Notes: generated from the sequence alone by a model not told the origin. A stretch of 64,000 bases of DNA from the human T2T-CHM13v2.0 reference genome, Homo sapiens (GCF_009914755.1 NC_060926.1), one strand, 5' to 3'. Positions 1 through 17,739 are shown, counted from the stretch's first letter. Program-made: numbers and translations.

Positions 1-1481
<1,481 letters not shown>

Positions 1482-1529
1482 TTATTTTGCTCATTAGTTG
1501 ATGCAGTTTATTCCTAGCCTCGATGGTCT

Positions 1530-2546
1530 TTACAATTTGGCATGATTTTGCAGTGGCTGGTACCGGTTTTTCCTTTCCATGTTTAGTGCTTCCTTCAGGA
1601 GCTCTTGTAGGGCAGGCCTGGTGGTGAGAAAACCTCTCAGAATTTGCTTGTCTGTAAAGTATTTTATTTCTTCTTCACTTATGAAGCTTAGTTTGGCTGG
1701 ATGTGAAATTCTGGGTTGAAAATTCTTTTCTTTAAGAATGTTGAATGTTGGCCCCCACTCTCCTCTGGCTTGTAGAGTTTCTGCTGTGAGATCCACTGTT
1801 AGTCTGATGGGTTTCCCTTTGGGGGTAACCCGACCTTTCTCTCTGACTGCCCTTAACCTTTTTTCCTTCATTTCAACTTTGGTGAATCTGACAATTATGT
1901 GTCTTGGAGTTGCTCTTCTCGAGGAGTATCTTTGTGGCATTCTCTGTATTTCCTGAATCTGAATGTTGGCCTGCCTTGCTAGATTGGGGAAGTTCTCCTG
2001 GATGATATCCTGCAGAGTGTTTTCCAACTTGGTTCCATTCTCCCCATCACTTTCAGGTACACCAATCAGACGTAGATTTGATCTTCTCACATAGTCCCAT
2101 ACTTCTTGGAGGCTTTGTTCATTTCTTTTTATTCTTTTTTCTCTAAACTTCCCTTCTCGCTTCATTTCATTCATTTCATCTTCCATCACTGATACCCTTT
2201 CTTCCAGTTGATCACATCGGCTCCTGAGACTTCTGCATTCTTCACATAGTTCTCGAGCCTTGGCTTTCAGCTCCATCAGCTCCTTTAAGCACTTCTCTGT
2301 ATTGGTTATTCTAGTTATACATTCGTCTAAGTTTTTTTCAAAGTTTTTAACTTCTTTGCCTTTGGTTTGAATTTCCTCCTGTAGCTCAGAGTAGGTTGAT
2401 CGTCTGAAGCCTTCTTCTCTCAACTCATCAAAGTCATTCTCCGTCTAACTTTGTTCCATTGCTGGTGAGGAACTGCGTTCCTCTGGAGGAGAAGAGGCAC
2501 TCTGCTTTTTAGAGTTTCCAGTTTTTCTGCTGTGTTTTTTCCCCAT
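1530..2546 (-). pseudogene. ORF1: L1 ORF1p (338-codon frame) interrupted by a premature TAG at codon 34
   Basis: ATG at 2546 gives MGKKHSRKTGNSK. TAG at 2447-2445 replaces a Trp codon. The rest is the listed 297-aa ORF (coiled coil, NLRLIGVPE, ending YQPLQNHAKL). Confidence 0.95.
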
Positions 2547-3573
2547 CTTTGTGGTCTTATCCACCTTTGGTCTTTGATGATGGTGATGTACAGATGGGTT
2601 TTTGGTGTGGATGTCCTTTCTGTTTGTTAGTTTTCCTTCTAACAGACAGGACCCTCAGCTGCAGGTCTGTTGGAGTTTGCTAGAGGTCCACTCCAGACCC
2701 TGTTTGCCTGGGTATCAGCAGCAGTGGCTGCAGAACAGTGGATTTTCGTGAACCGCGAATGCTGCTGTCTGATCATTCCTCTGTAATTTTTGTCTCAGAG
2801 GAGTACCCGGCCGTGTGAGGTGTCAGTCTGCCCCTACTGGGGGGTGCCTCCCAGTGAGGCTGCTTGGGGGTCGGGGTCAGGGACCCACTTGAGGAGGCAG
2901 TCTGCCCATTCTGAGATCTCCAGCTGCATACTGGGAGAACCACTGCTCTCTTCAAAGCTGTCAGACAGGGACATTTAAGTCTGCAGAGGTTACTGCTGTC
3001 TTTTTGTTTGTCTGTGCCCTGCCCCCAGAGGTGGAGCCTACAGAGGCAGGCAGGCCTCCTTGAGCTGTGGTGGGCTCCACCCAGTTCTAGCTTCCCGGGT
3101 GCTTTGTTTACCTAAGCAAGCCTGGGCAATGGCGGGTGCCCCTCCCTGAGCCTCACTGCTGCCTTGCAGTTTGATCTCAGACTGCTGTGCTAGCAATCAG
3201 CGAGACTCCATGAGCATAGGACCCTCCAAGCCAGGTGCGGGATATAATCTCCTGGTGCGCCGTTTTTTAAGCCCGTCGGAAAAGCGCAGTATTAGGATGG
3301 GAGTGACCCGATTTTCCAGGTGCCGTCTGTCACCCCTTTCTTTGACTAGGAAAGGGAACTCCCTGACCCCTTGCGCTTCCCGAGTGAGGCAATGCCTCGC
3401 CCTGCTTCGGCTCGCGCATGGTGCGCTGCACCCACTGACCTGCGCCCACTGTCTGGCACTCCCTAGTGAGATGAACCTGGTACCTCAGATGGAAATGCAG
3501 AAATCACCCGTCTTCTGCGTCGCTCACGCTGGGAGCTGTAGACCAGAGCTGTTCCTATTCGGCCATCTTGGCT
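2547..3573. promoter_or_regulatory. L1 5'UTR with internal sense promoter (minus strand) and antisense promoter firing toward the + strand
   Basis: CpG-rich segment with YY1 motif. Antisense-strand splice donors at 3235 (CAG|GTGCGG), 3320 (CAG|GTGCCG) and 3480 (CTG|GTACCT). Confidence 0.8.
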
Positions 3574-3620
3574 GCCAGACCTCAATGATAAATTATCTTG
3601 ACAAAAAAGCAATTAGGTAA
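3129..3620 (+). pseudogene. ORF0: L1 antisense ORF0 frame; TGA at codon 7, frame open thereafter
   Basis: ATG GCG GGT GCC CCT CCC TGA at 3129. The downstream translation ISDCCASNQRDS...GYNLLVRRFLS...GVTRFSR resembles ORF0. Confidence 0.8.
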
Positions 3621-4124
3621 ATTTAAACTCCAGTATTACAATCACCAATATAAAATATGCATACTTGCTTTATTTTAAAAGAAAAACAAAAAAGCCACTT
3701 GTGGAGCAATAGGTTCAAGAATAGGTCTAAGAATGAGGAAGAAAGGGTCATTCATGTATAGTTTAAATGATTAGGCCAAACCAATTATAAATTTTAAAGA
3801 ATTGAAACCCTTTTAATGCGGTATAGTAGTACCTGAATTACCTCTGGCTTCCTAAAACCAGACTTAAATAAAAAAAAAAAAAGACTCATAGCATTAACAA
3901 TACATGCATTTATAAAGCTGCATTTTATTGCTAATGGTTTAAATTGGTATTCCATTGTTAATGCTGAATGAATCTGTAAAAGTAATAATATTCAGAATGA
4001 TGCAAAAATTAGCAGGCATATTTTGAGAAACCATCTATATGGGAACAAAAGAAAAAGCACTTAAATTGACACGTCTGAAAGAACATTGATAATATTTAAA
4101 ACTACTTTATATATAGGTATTGTT

Positions 4125-4700
4125 TATATTTTTATTGTAAAATAAATATATGTACATTAAAATTTAGAAAATAAAGCATAAAGAAAAAAATCTTTCATAC
4201 TCTCACTGTTATAATTGATGTTTTTATATTATTATATATTGATTATATAAATATTAACAATTTTCCTTCCTGTCCTTTTTCTTTTTGTAAATATACTGCC
4301 CCCCAAAATTGAGATCATATTCTACATTGATTTTATTTTGCTTAGATTTACTTAAGCATAACAAATGCTTATATGTTTATATCATATTAAATATTTCCCC
4401 AAGCCATAAAAATTCCTTCAACTACATTGTGTTTGTTGTTTTATATTCCACCTTTCGCATGTATCCTAATACATTTAAACATTTCCATAAAGTCAGACAT
4501 TTGGGTTTGTTTCCAGTTTTTCAGTATTATAAATAACACTTCAGTAAACAATATTATACATACATTTTTGTCCACATTTCTAATCTTTTCCTTAGGAAAA
4601 TTTTCTGAAAGTAAAATTTCAAAGTAAAAGGATATGAAATTTCATAGATTCTGGACACTTCATTCCAGAGTCTTTATCAGTTTACACTCACAAATGTGCC
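4125..4700 (-). mobile_element. Ancient L1 (L1ME-like) 3' fragment
   Basis: Degenerate gacatttgggtttgtttccagtttttcagtattataaataac and ttccttaggaaaatt motifs typical of antisense old L1 3' ends. Confidence 0.6.
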
Positions 4701-5069
4701 TGACAAAAACACGGGGGGATTTTTGTAAAGAATAGATCCTATTTTGTACCAAGAGTATCTGATAACATCCATACAAGTTTCCATAAGGTTATGTATTCAA
4801 CAACAAGGGCAGTTTCCCTAAAGAAAAGATGAAGAAATTTTTATTTCTTCCCCCAAACAAATCGTTGCAATTTCCTTTTGAGGTGTCAACTCTCCCCCTC
4901 TTTGTTTTGTTTTGTTTTGTTTTCTCTAGCTGTAGAAATCTCATCCAAAGAGGCTATGTGAAGTCTGAACTAATTCGTCTTCCACATATGACTTACTGCT
5001 TCCTACCACCAGGCAGAATAAATTGTGTTCCCAATTTAAATCTGTGTGTTCCTAACCAAAGAAGGCATC

Positions 5070-5260
5070 TTGATGTGATGGAAAGAAAATCAACTCTGCC
5101 TTGGGAAAAGAGAGTTCCAGGCTCTCCTCTAGCACACTTGAGGCTAAATCCTCTGAGGCTGAGCTTTTACATTCCCAGGCTAATCATACCATTTCACAAG
5201 ATGATTATAAAAATTAGAAAATAATGAGAAGGTTAGTAGACTCTAATATTAATTAGCACT
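5070..5260 (+). mobile_element. Degenerate MIR-like fragment
   Basis: Weak similarity to the MIR core (ctctgag...taatcataccatttcacaagatgattataaaaattag). Confidence 0.35.
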
Positions 5261-5373
5261 GAGCGCTGTCTTTATTTTGATGAGGTATGAGTAAAAGAGC
5301 CAAAAAAATGTTAGATCTAAAACCAAATTACATCCTAAGTGGATTTAGTTCTAAATTCATTTACAACCAAAAT

Positions 5374-5426
5374 AATTCACTCCCATTCCTTAGGTAAATT
5401 GAAATTCACACCCATTCCTTAGTTAA
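5374..5426. repeat. Local direct repeat, period 29 bp
   Basis: aattcactcccattccttaggtaa (5374) and aattcacacccattccttagttaa (5403). Confidence 0.85.
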
Positions 5427-7449
5427 CATGAGCTGTACTTTGAAAACAAAAACATGAACGGACTTTTGAAGTTCAGAATTTCTTTACTTATGTCTTTTAA
5501 AAAATCTATGTCTAGAAGAAAAACACACATTGAGAAGACACTTTCAAAAGCCAGACATTATTACTAAATCATGTACACCACTTCTGCAAAGGTAGTTGCT
5601 TCATTTTATGTTAAGTTCTGTACCAAAACTTCACTGGAATTGATTTTTTATTGCTTTAAAAACGAAGTCTATGTCTATTCAAATTGCTTCTAATACAACG
5701 TAGGCATGTAAAAAGTTTTCTATATTTTACTCCATTTTCTTCCTGTGATCTATAAAAAGGAAATTTAGGGCTTACAATTTCTCTGTAATGGTTGGAAGAC
5801 TGGAATGAAAGAGATATTTTCTGAGCTGCACCAAACTGTTAAAATGTAGTCAATTTCAGCAACAATTGTATCCTTAATGAGATTTAAGAGGAAGGAAAGG
5901 GATTGTGAATAATTTTGGCACTGTCTTGTCTTTCACCAGTTGCTGCTAATCTTTTGAAAGGTTTTCTATTTTTGACCTACATTCAGATGAACCCTGCTGC
6001 TTGACAAAGCTTGTTTTCAAGTTTGATTCACAAGAGCATTGCAGGGACTCCAAGGATTGAAGGTAATTCTCCTAGAAATATAAAAGTTGCAGTTGGATAA
6101 TTAACTACTTCCACAGGAAACTTGAAGTACCTAGAAATCTGACTTTCCAGGACAGCATCATTCTATTGGTAGAGTGGAAGAAACAAAGCCTGTATCTCAG
6201 CATGCTCTTCACTGAAAACTGAAGTCAGTAGCCTGTGGGGCCGAGTCAATGGATCAGTGGGGCATGAGAAAGCTAAGACAAACCCTGGGAAACAAGATGC
6301 AATTACTCTGTGTCAAAACCAACCTCAGGACTCAAAATACTGATGTTTGAATGATCCCTGCAAACCACATTTCTTGCAAGTGTCCGTTGTAAAATGGTGG
6401 ACTTATGACTTGAATACTTGCTGGCTTAAGACTCCTACTTTATGACTACTTCTGAGGGACTATGCTCCATTTCCTTTCCCATGTTTGTAATGTGAAAGGT
6501 CCACTTTACCTATCACCATGTCTCTGAGAGACTTCTCTGAATTCTCAGTTTTTTATACCATTTAAATAAATGTGATATTCCATTCGACTTCAATGTTGTC
6601 ATAATTATTTGGGGACACCAATAGACTACATTATCACTAGATAATAGATAAATTAATGTTTAGTAAATCACATAACTAGGATTGTATACTATTATGTACA
6701 CAAATGGAACTTGCAGATTAACATTCCTTCTTTCATGATCCATGTTGTAAATGTTTTCTGGCTTCTCTCTATAGGTTTCCAAGGAGGTGCCTTAGGTTGC
6801 AGATCTCTGGTTAATGACCAGATTCAACCTATCCATGAGAGAAGTTCCACTTTATCTTTTAAATACAGTGCTTTCTTGAAAGATTTCTTTTGAAATAAGT
6901 GTTCTACTCCAGACAAAACAAAACAAACAAAAACAACCAGCACTAACTACCTACAACTCTTTTAGTAGTTTTAACTGATATTTTAACTCTATATTTGTAT
7001 TCAGGAGATGTGTATTGCTGTTGTTCATTTTCAGTTTTAGATTTTTTTTTCAGTCCCAGTCTAGTCAAGAGATAGAAATCATACCAACTGGTTCATCAGA
7101 AAAAAATTAATACAAAGAATTGTTAACCAGATATAAATAATAATTAGCTAAGTAACTGCAAAGGCTAAAAAGAAAATTAAGTTACCAAAAAGGTACTGAC
7201 TACACGAAGCAGTTACCCACCCTGTGGCTATTGGAACAGAGTGAAGAGGTTAGAATTGTTTGAAGTTTGGAAGGGGTGTCCCATGGGGTTGGAACTCAGA
7301 TCTCTGAGGAGGGGATGCCAGCAGACTACTGGGTGTCTCTAAAGGCCCTTGCAATAAGACTGCTTTTGCAAGTCAGGATGAAACTCAAAACTGAATTTAA
7401 CTGGAATTAAATGTTGTTGCTGAGGTGAAGAATATTATCTATTGTCTAT

Positions 7450-9250
7450 GTATGAGGAATACTTAATTCTCTTACATTCTGCACCTCTCCATCCCCCTGC
7501 TTACCTTTGTCACTCCCTGCAACTCCTCTCCTCTCTAATATACACAGTCAATATTAATACACACCATAGTTACATCATTATCTCAGTTTAATCCATTATT
7601 TCAGTGTTTACATTATTTTGTCTTTGTAAATATTATTCACAGCTGAGCAACATAATGGACTATGAATAACTTATGAATGCAATATTTATCATCCTTGGAG
7701 TTAATAATTTCTTGGGTATTTTTTTCTTTGCCTGCTTGCTTTTCAGTGTTCTTCTCCTGGATGCACCCTCTGACTCTCTATACACAAATTCATCAGGTGA
7801 TATATTTTTTTTTCTTTGATGCATACCTGTGGGTCCTCCTGCTCCATCTGGACTGGTTGTTCTGTAATCAGCAGTACAGTTGTCCTTGTGGGGTCCCCAT
7901 TGCCACTGTCAGCTCTCAGTGTGGCTCTGCTTTTGTCTGTGGCCAGGGTTTCTGGTATACCTGATTTACTACAAGCATTCTGAAATTTCACAATAATATC
8001 CATTGAGGTGGTCTTTTTCCCCTTTTTCATGCTAAACCCTCAGTGGACCTTTCAATACTGAAATTCATAGCCTTATGTCTTGGAAATTTCTATTTTATTT
8101 CTCTGATAACCACAACCGTCTCCATTTTATTTGTCCCTATCTTCTGGAATTCCTACTATCCATATATTAGAACTCCTTAAACAATTATCAAATTTTCTCT
8201 CATATTTTGAATCTGTCATTTTAGTTTAGTTTCTGGGAGATTTTTTTCTACTTTGTCTTCCAACTTTTCTACTTATTTTTAAATATTTTCTATCTCATGT
8301 TTAATAATCAAGATTTTTTGGAGGGCATTGTTTTGTAAACATTACTTTTGTACAACTTCTTCCATGGATGTTTTTAAATCTTTCTATAGTTCGTGAGCAC
8401 ATGCTTTAAATATTTTTTACTCTCAATCTCTATGTATTGGTCTATTCTCTGCTTTCTCTGAGTTGCTTTTCTGTTTGTTTGGTTTGTTTTCTGTTTTCAT
8501 CTTTAAGATTTTCTTCAAATGTTGAGGCATCTTTGGAGTTGGTTCATATTTAAGAGCAAAACACTAGACAGCTGATTAGAAGCTCAGATACCCTCTAGTA
8601 GGCTTCACTGGAGAGTGATTGAGTGGGACATGGCCATTTTGCTGAGGGTAGGGTGCAAGTACCTTCCCTTAGACCAGTCTCTCTATAGGAAGGCTAGCAG
8701 GGATCTTGGCACCAGGTTGGGGAGCAGGGACTCTGACTAGAACCCATTGTGTTCCATATGACCTCTCCCTATCTCCCAATCTCCACATTCCAAAAGTGGG
8801 ATCAGTACCCAAGGTTGATGTTCTAGTCCAGCCTTTCTTTATACTTAACTGTAATTGTACATGAGCAAGAAGGCATCTAGATTACTAACTTAACTTATCC
8901 AGCCTTTCAGACATTCCTCATGTTTTCAGTCCATATTCTCCCATATGGCAATGTCAGGAACCTTTTGTTCCTGAGACTTTTCAGGGTATTGTGAGACACA
9001 AATAGGCTTTCTCAATACCCTGTCAAATTAATTACCATCAGTACATTTGCTTTCCAGCTATTAATATTTTGTTGACCTATCTTTTCTGCTGCAATTGCTG
9101 CTTCTATTTAATTTGCCTCTGTGAGTTTTTTACTTTATTCCTCCACTATCATTGTAGTGGAGAATTTGGAAGTAGCAGCATTAAAAGCAAATATCCAATC
9201 CACTCTCAATCTACTGTAACAGAATTGTCAATTCAACTTATTTAATGACT
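7450..9250 (-). mobile_element. Very old L1/HAL1-like ORF1-region fragments
   Basis: T-rich antisense texture; the minus-strand peptide DIIVKFQN resembles ORF1 RHIIVKF. Confidence 0.45.
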
Positions 9251-11350
9251 ATTATTTTGCTAAGTATTTTTCTTTTTATTGAGTTAACAATTTGTGTTTA
9301 ACTGTTTTACTAAGATTTCAAATGTGGGTATTGACATGGAGTTTTTTTTGTCATTTTCAGATAAATTTTAAGCCTTTTTAAAATTAATAATTATGGCCAT
9401 ATTTGTGTGGGTATATTTCAGAGTCTCAATTCTGTTCCATTTGTATGTTTGTCTTTATGCCAGTATCTTTATGCCAGTAACTTTGTAATGTGTTTTAAAA
9501 TTAGAAAATGCAAAGCCTCCAGCCTTGTTTTTTCTCATGATTCTTTTGGCTGTATGAGGCCCTTTGTGAGTCCAAATAAATTTTAGGATTCTTTTTTCTA
9601 TTTCTGTAAATATCATTGGGATTTTGATAGGGACCAGATTCAATCTGTAGATTCCCTTGGGTATGCAGACATTTTAAAAAATATTAAGTCTTCTGATCCA
9701 TAAACACAACATCTTTCCATTTATTTGGCTCTGTTTTTCAACAACATTTGTAATTTTTCAGTATACAAATCTTTTATCTCCTTGGTTAAGTTTATTCTTA
9801 TTTTATTCTTTTTGATGCATTTGTAAATGAAATTATCTTAATTTCTTTTTCAGATTTTTTATTGGTAGAGTATAGAAAAGCATTTACTTTTGTATGTTGA
9901 TTTCATGTCCTCCAACTTTGCTATATTCTTTTATTAGTTCTAATGGATTATTGTGGTGGAATTTTTAGGGTTTTCTACGTATAAGATTATGCCATCTGTG
10001 AAGAAGATAATTTTACTTCTTCCTCTCTGATTCAGATGCCTTTTATTTCTTTTTGTTGCCGAATTGCTCTGGCTAGTATTTCCAGTACAATGTTGAATAG
10101 AAGTAGTGAGAGTGAACATCCTTGTCTTGTTCCTGAGCTTAGAGGAGAGGCTTTCAGCTTTTTATCATTGAGTAAAATGTTAGCTGTGGGATTCTAATAT
10201 ATGGCTTTTATTATGTTGAGGTAATTTCCTTCTATTCCTAGTTTGTTGAGTGTTATTATCATAGAAGGGTATTGAATTTTGTCAAATACTGTGCATGTTT
10301 TGAGATGATCATGTAATTTTTGTCCTTCATTCTATTAATGTGGTATATCACAATGGTTGATTTTTACCTGTTGAACCATCCTTGCATCTCAGGGGTATGT
10401 TCCATTAGGTCATGGTATATGATCCTTTTAATATGCTGTTGAAATTGGTTTTTCAATATTTTGTTGAGGATTTTTGCCTCTATATTCATTAGGGATATTG
10501 AGCCGCAGTTTTCTTTTATTGCAGTATCTTTTTCTAGGTTTGGTAAGAAGATGATGCTGGCATTGTGAGGTGAGTTTAGAAGGGTTGCCTCCTCTTTAGG
10601 TTTTTGGAGGAGTTGGAGAAGGACTGAATAATTGGCAGAATTCACCAGTGAAGCCCTCTGGTCCTAGGCTTTTCATTATTGGGAGATTTTTGATAATTAA
10701 TTCAATCTCAATACTGGTTATTGGTCTGCTCAACTTTTCAATTTTTTTCAATATTCAGTCTTGGTAGATTATATGTTTTAAGGAATTTATCCATTTCTTC
10801 TAGATTATCCAGTTTGCTGGTCTATAATTGTTGATGGTAGTCTCTTATAATCATTGTAATTTTTGTGGCAAAAGTTGTAATATCCCCTCTTTCATTTCTG
10901 ATTTTAAGTATTCATATCTTCTCTTTTTAAAATTAATGTAGCGAAAGTTTTGTTCTTTGTTGATCTTAAAAAAAACCAACTTAATTTTGTTGATTTTTTT
11001 CTATTCTCTATTTCATTTATTTCTGTTCTTATCTTAATTGTATCCTTCTTTCTGCTCACTTTGGCCTTATTTCCATCTATTTTTGAATTTCTTAAAATGT
11101 AAATTTAGGTTGTTAATTTGAGTTTTTTTTTCTTTTTAATGTGGGCATTTATCACTATACATTTCCCTCTTGGTACTGCTTTTTCTGCCTCCCCTTAGTT
11201 TTGATATGTTGCAATTTCATTTCCATTTGTCTTAGATTATTTCTAATCTCTCTTTAGATTTCTTTTTTGAGCCATTGGTTGCTCAAAAGTGTGTTGTTTT
11301 ATGTCCATCTATTTGTATTTTTTCTAATTTTCCTTCTGCCATTAATTCTA

Positions 11351-11516
11351 GTTTCATTTCATTGTGGTCAGAAAAGATACCTGATATAATTTCAATCTTT
11401 TAAAATTTGTTAAGACTTGCCTTTTGAGCTCTCGTTTCATTTCACTGTGGTCAGAAAAGACATCTGATATAACTTCAATCTTTTAAAATTTGTTAAGACT
11501 TGATTTTTGAGCTCAG
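11351..11516. repeat. 83-bp tandem duplication inside the old L1
   Basis: gtttcatttca(t/c)tgtggtcagaaaaga...ttttgagctc at 11351 and 11434, with about 6 mismatches. Confidence 0.92.
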
Positions 11517-11989
11517 TTATGATCTATCTTGAATAATGTTATGTGCACACTTGGGAAGAATGAGTATTTTGCTGCTATTGTGTAAAATGTTCTGTATATT
11601 TCTGTTAGGTCCCTTTGGTCTATAGTATTGATTTCTTTGATCTTTGATCCCTTATTGATCTTCTGTCTAGATATTCTATCTTCTATTGAAGGTGAAGTAT
11701 TGAAATCCTTATTATTAAGTATCATCGTCCATTTCTATATTCAGTTCAGCCAATGTTTGTTTCATGTATTTTGGTGTCTGATTTTGTATGCATATATGTT
11801 TATAATTGTTATATCTTAAAGAATTGATCCTTTTATTATATAATGTCCTCCTTTGTCTCTTTTGACATTTTTTGAATTAAAGTTTATTTTGTTTTATATA
11901 AGTAAAGCCACCCTTGCTCTTTTTGTTGCCATTTGCATAGAATATCTATATCCGTTCTTTCACTTTCAGCCTATGTGTGTCCTTAAATT

Positions 11990-12331
<342 letters not shown>

Positions 12332-12805
12332 TAGATAGCATATAGTTGGATTTTTAAAAAAATCTATGTTGTCTCTATGCCTTTTAATAGGAAACTTAAT
12401 CCATTTATACTTAAAGTAATTATTGATAGAGAAAGACTTACTAGTGCCACTTTGTTAATTGTTTTTCTGTTCATCTTATAAGGTTTTTTGTTCTTCTTTT
12501 TCTCTATTACTGTCTTTCTTCATGTTTCACTAATTTTTTTTGGTACTGACATGCTTTTATACTTTTTTCATATCCTTTGTGCATCTTCTATAGGTATTAT
12601 CTTTGTTTTTACCATGGGGATTATGTAAAATTTCTTATATTTATAACAATCCATTTTAAGATAACAGGAACTTAACTTTAATTGCATGCAAGTATTTTAC
12701 ACTTTTACTTCTCACACACACACTTTATTACTGATGTCACAAATTACATCTTTTTTATGTTATGTAACCACTAATGTATTTTTGAGTTGCATATTTCTTT
12801 TTTAA

Positions 12806-13110
<305 letters not shown>

Positions 13111-14939
13111 TATTTTTTGTTTTTTGACTTCTATATTATAACTAAAAAGGATTTACTTGCCACCATTACAGTATAACAATACTCTGTATTTGTCTATATA
13201 TTTACCTTTATCAGAAAACTTTATATTTTCAATTTTTTGTGTTGCTATTTAGTATCCTTTTGTTTCAACTTGAAAGTTCTCCCTTTAGTATTTCCTATAA
13301 GGCAGGTCTACTGCGGTTGAACTCCATTGCTTTTGTTTATCTGGCAGTCTTCATTTCTGCTTGATTTTCAAAAGATAGTTTGGATGACTTTAGTATTCTT
13401 GATTGACAGTATTTTTTTTCTCTTAATGATCTGAATATGTCATCCCATTTCTTTCTACCCTGAAACATTTCTGCAGAGAAATCTACTCATCATCTTATGG
13501 AGGAGAATGAGGAGAGTTTCCCTTGTATGTGATGAGTTGCTTTTTTCTCTTGCTGTTTTGAAAATTATCTCTTTGTCTTTGACTTTTCACAAAATAATCA
13601 TTGTGATCATTTGTAATAATAATGTTCCTGTCTGTGAATTCTCTGAGTTAGTTGCAGTAAGAGAATTTGTTTGGCTTCTCGAATCCTTCCTTAGATTTGA
13701 AAAGTTTTCATCCATTATTTTTTAAAAATCAACTTCCTTGTCCTTTCTTTTTCTCTTTTCTTTCTGAATATTTCATAATGCACATATTGGTTCTCTCAAT
13801 GGTACCCCTTAAGTCCCTTAGGCCTTCATTCTTCCTTACCATTATTTTTCCCTTTTGTTCTTCTAGCTGGATAATTTCAAATGACCCATATTTGAGTTCA
13901 TTGATTCTTTCTTCTGCTTGATCAAGTCTTCTTTGAACTACTCTAGTGAATTACTGTGTTCTTCAGCTCCAAAATATCTACTCGGTTCTCTTTTATATTC
14001 CTTTTTCTCTGTTGATAGTGTAATTTTGATCATGCATGGTTTTCTTGAACTAGTGGAACATATTTTCCCAGTCTTTATGGACTGGATTTGTAAAGGAAAA
14101 AAAAAAAACTCACCATTCAGTCTGGCTAGAGATTCTGGAGCCTCTAAACCTTTTTAGGGAGATCTAACTTCTCTAGTTCTGTGCATACAGTTGCTCAATT
14201 AAAGAGACACTGGTTTCTTTTTCAGTAGTTCGTGATCCTTCAATCCCTCTGGCATTTGTCTATGGCACTGCAGATTCTATGCTTCTACTGCAGCAAGCCT
14301 CACTGCTCACCCTTATTCTCAGTGGCCTCCAGGCATCCAAACTATGCCAGCTCCCTGTCAGCGTCCCAAGTCAGACAAAACAGGTATCAGTTCTTTGGAC
14401 ATCCCTCAAAAGACCTGGCATGTCAGATTCAGTCTCTACCCATCTCCCTGCTTTCTAAGGAGGAAGCCTTGAGTTATGCAATAATTAAACCCAACTGTGC
14501 TGGCCACAGTAAGCCTCTTCCATCACTTTTCCCCCTTCTTTGTTCTCAGTTTCTTCCAGGCATCCAAACATGCCAGTTCCATCAGCACTTCAAATGGAGC
14601 AAGACAGAAATTAATCCCTCAGGCAGCCCTTCGAAAAGCCAAACATTGGACACTCCTTCCACCCTTCTCTTTCCAAACTAAGCTGTCCTCTCCTGGTGCT
14701 GAGCTGTACTGCTTTGGGGTAGGAGCTGATGTGGGTAAAATGAAATTGCTCTTCTTACTTATTATTTTATTATGACTGTTCTTGGCTTTGTGTTTGCCTG
14801 AGGTACTGCCTCTTAACTGGATTCTGGAATTCTCATAAAAGTATTTTATTTAATATATATTTTTAAGTTGGTGTTTTGGTGAGAGAACAAGGGCTGAGGA
14901 TTTATATTCCATCTTTCTGATGTCATCTCCCTTCAATCC

Positions 14940-17208
<2,269 letters not shown>

Positions 17209-17489
17209 AACTTCACTTCACTTCTAAACAGTTGAGCAATGCTGGTAACAATAGGTGTCCATTTTAAGCTTATGACTTTATCTGTTTTTCAGAACAGAAT
17301 TTTGTTTCATCTTCCTGACCCTCCCAAGCCTCTAAATTGCAAGGCTAAACACATTTCCAGAACCAGAAATACTTTAGTATACAGGTAAACTTAATCAATA
17401 ATCTAGAATAAGACTGAGTTTTACTGAAGTAAGAACACTTTCATAGCTCTTAGTTTTTAATAAAATCTCTGCAAAAGCAATTTTATAAA

Positions 17490-17720
17490 AATTATAACTA
17501 CTATTTATTGAGTACTCACATGACTTTTATGCAAAATTCATGTACATGTAATTTAATAGTTACAACAAAGCTTTCATAGACACTTAAACACTGGAAGAAC
17601 TGTATCATATCCTTAGCTTAAGCTATTTGCCAAAGAAAATTCGGGAAGTTAGTAGCTGAACTGGAATTAAAACCCAAGTTTGTATGATTTCTCAGCCTAC
17701 AATTTTAGCTATATTACTAC
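17490..17720 (-). mobile_element. MIR-like SINE fragment
   Basis: actatttattgagtactcac...ttaagctatttgccaaag...gaactggaattaaaacccaagt. Confidence 0.55.
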
Positions 17721-17739
17721 CACACATTGGCCTAATGTT

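Noticed and set aside
7060-7440. Possible old LTR fragment
   Set aside because: Resemblance too weak to assign a family by eye.
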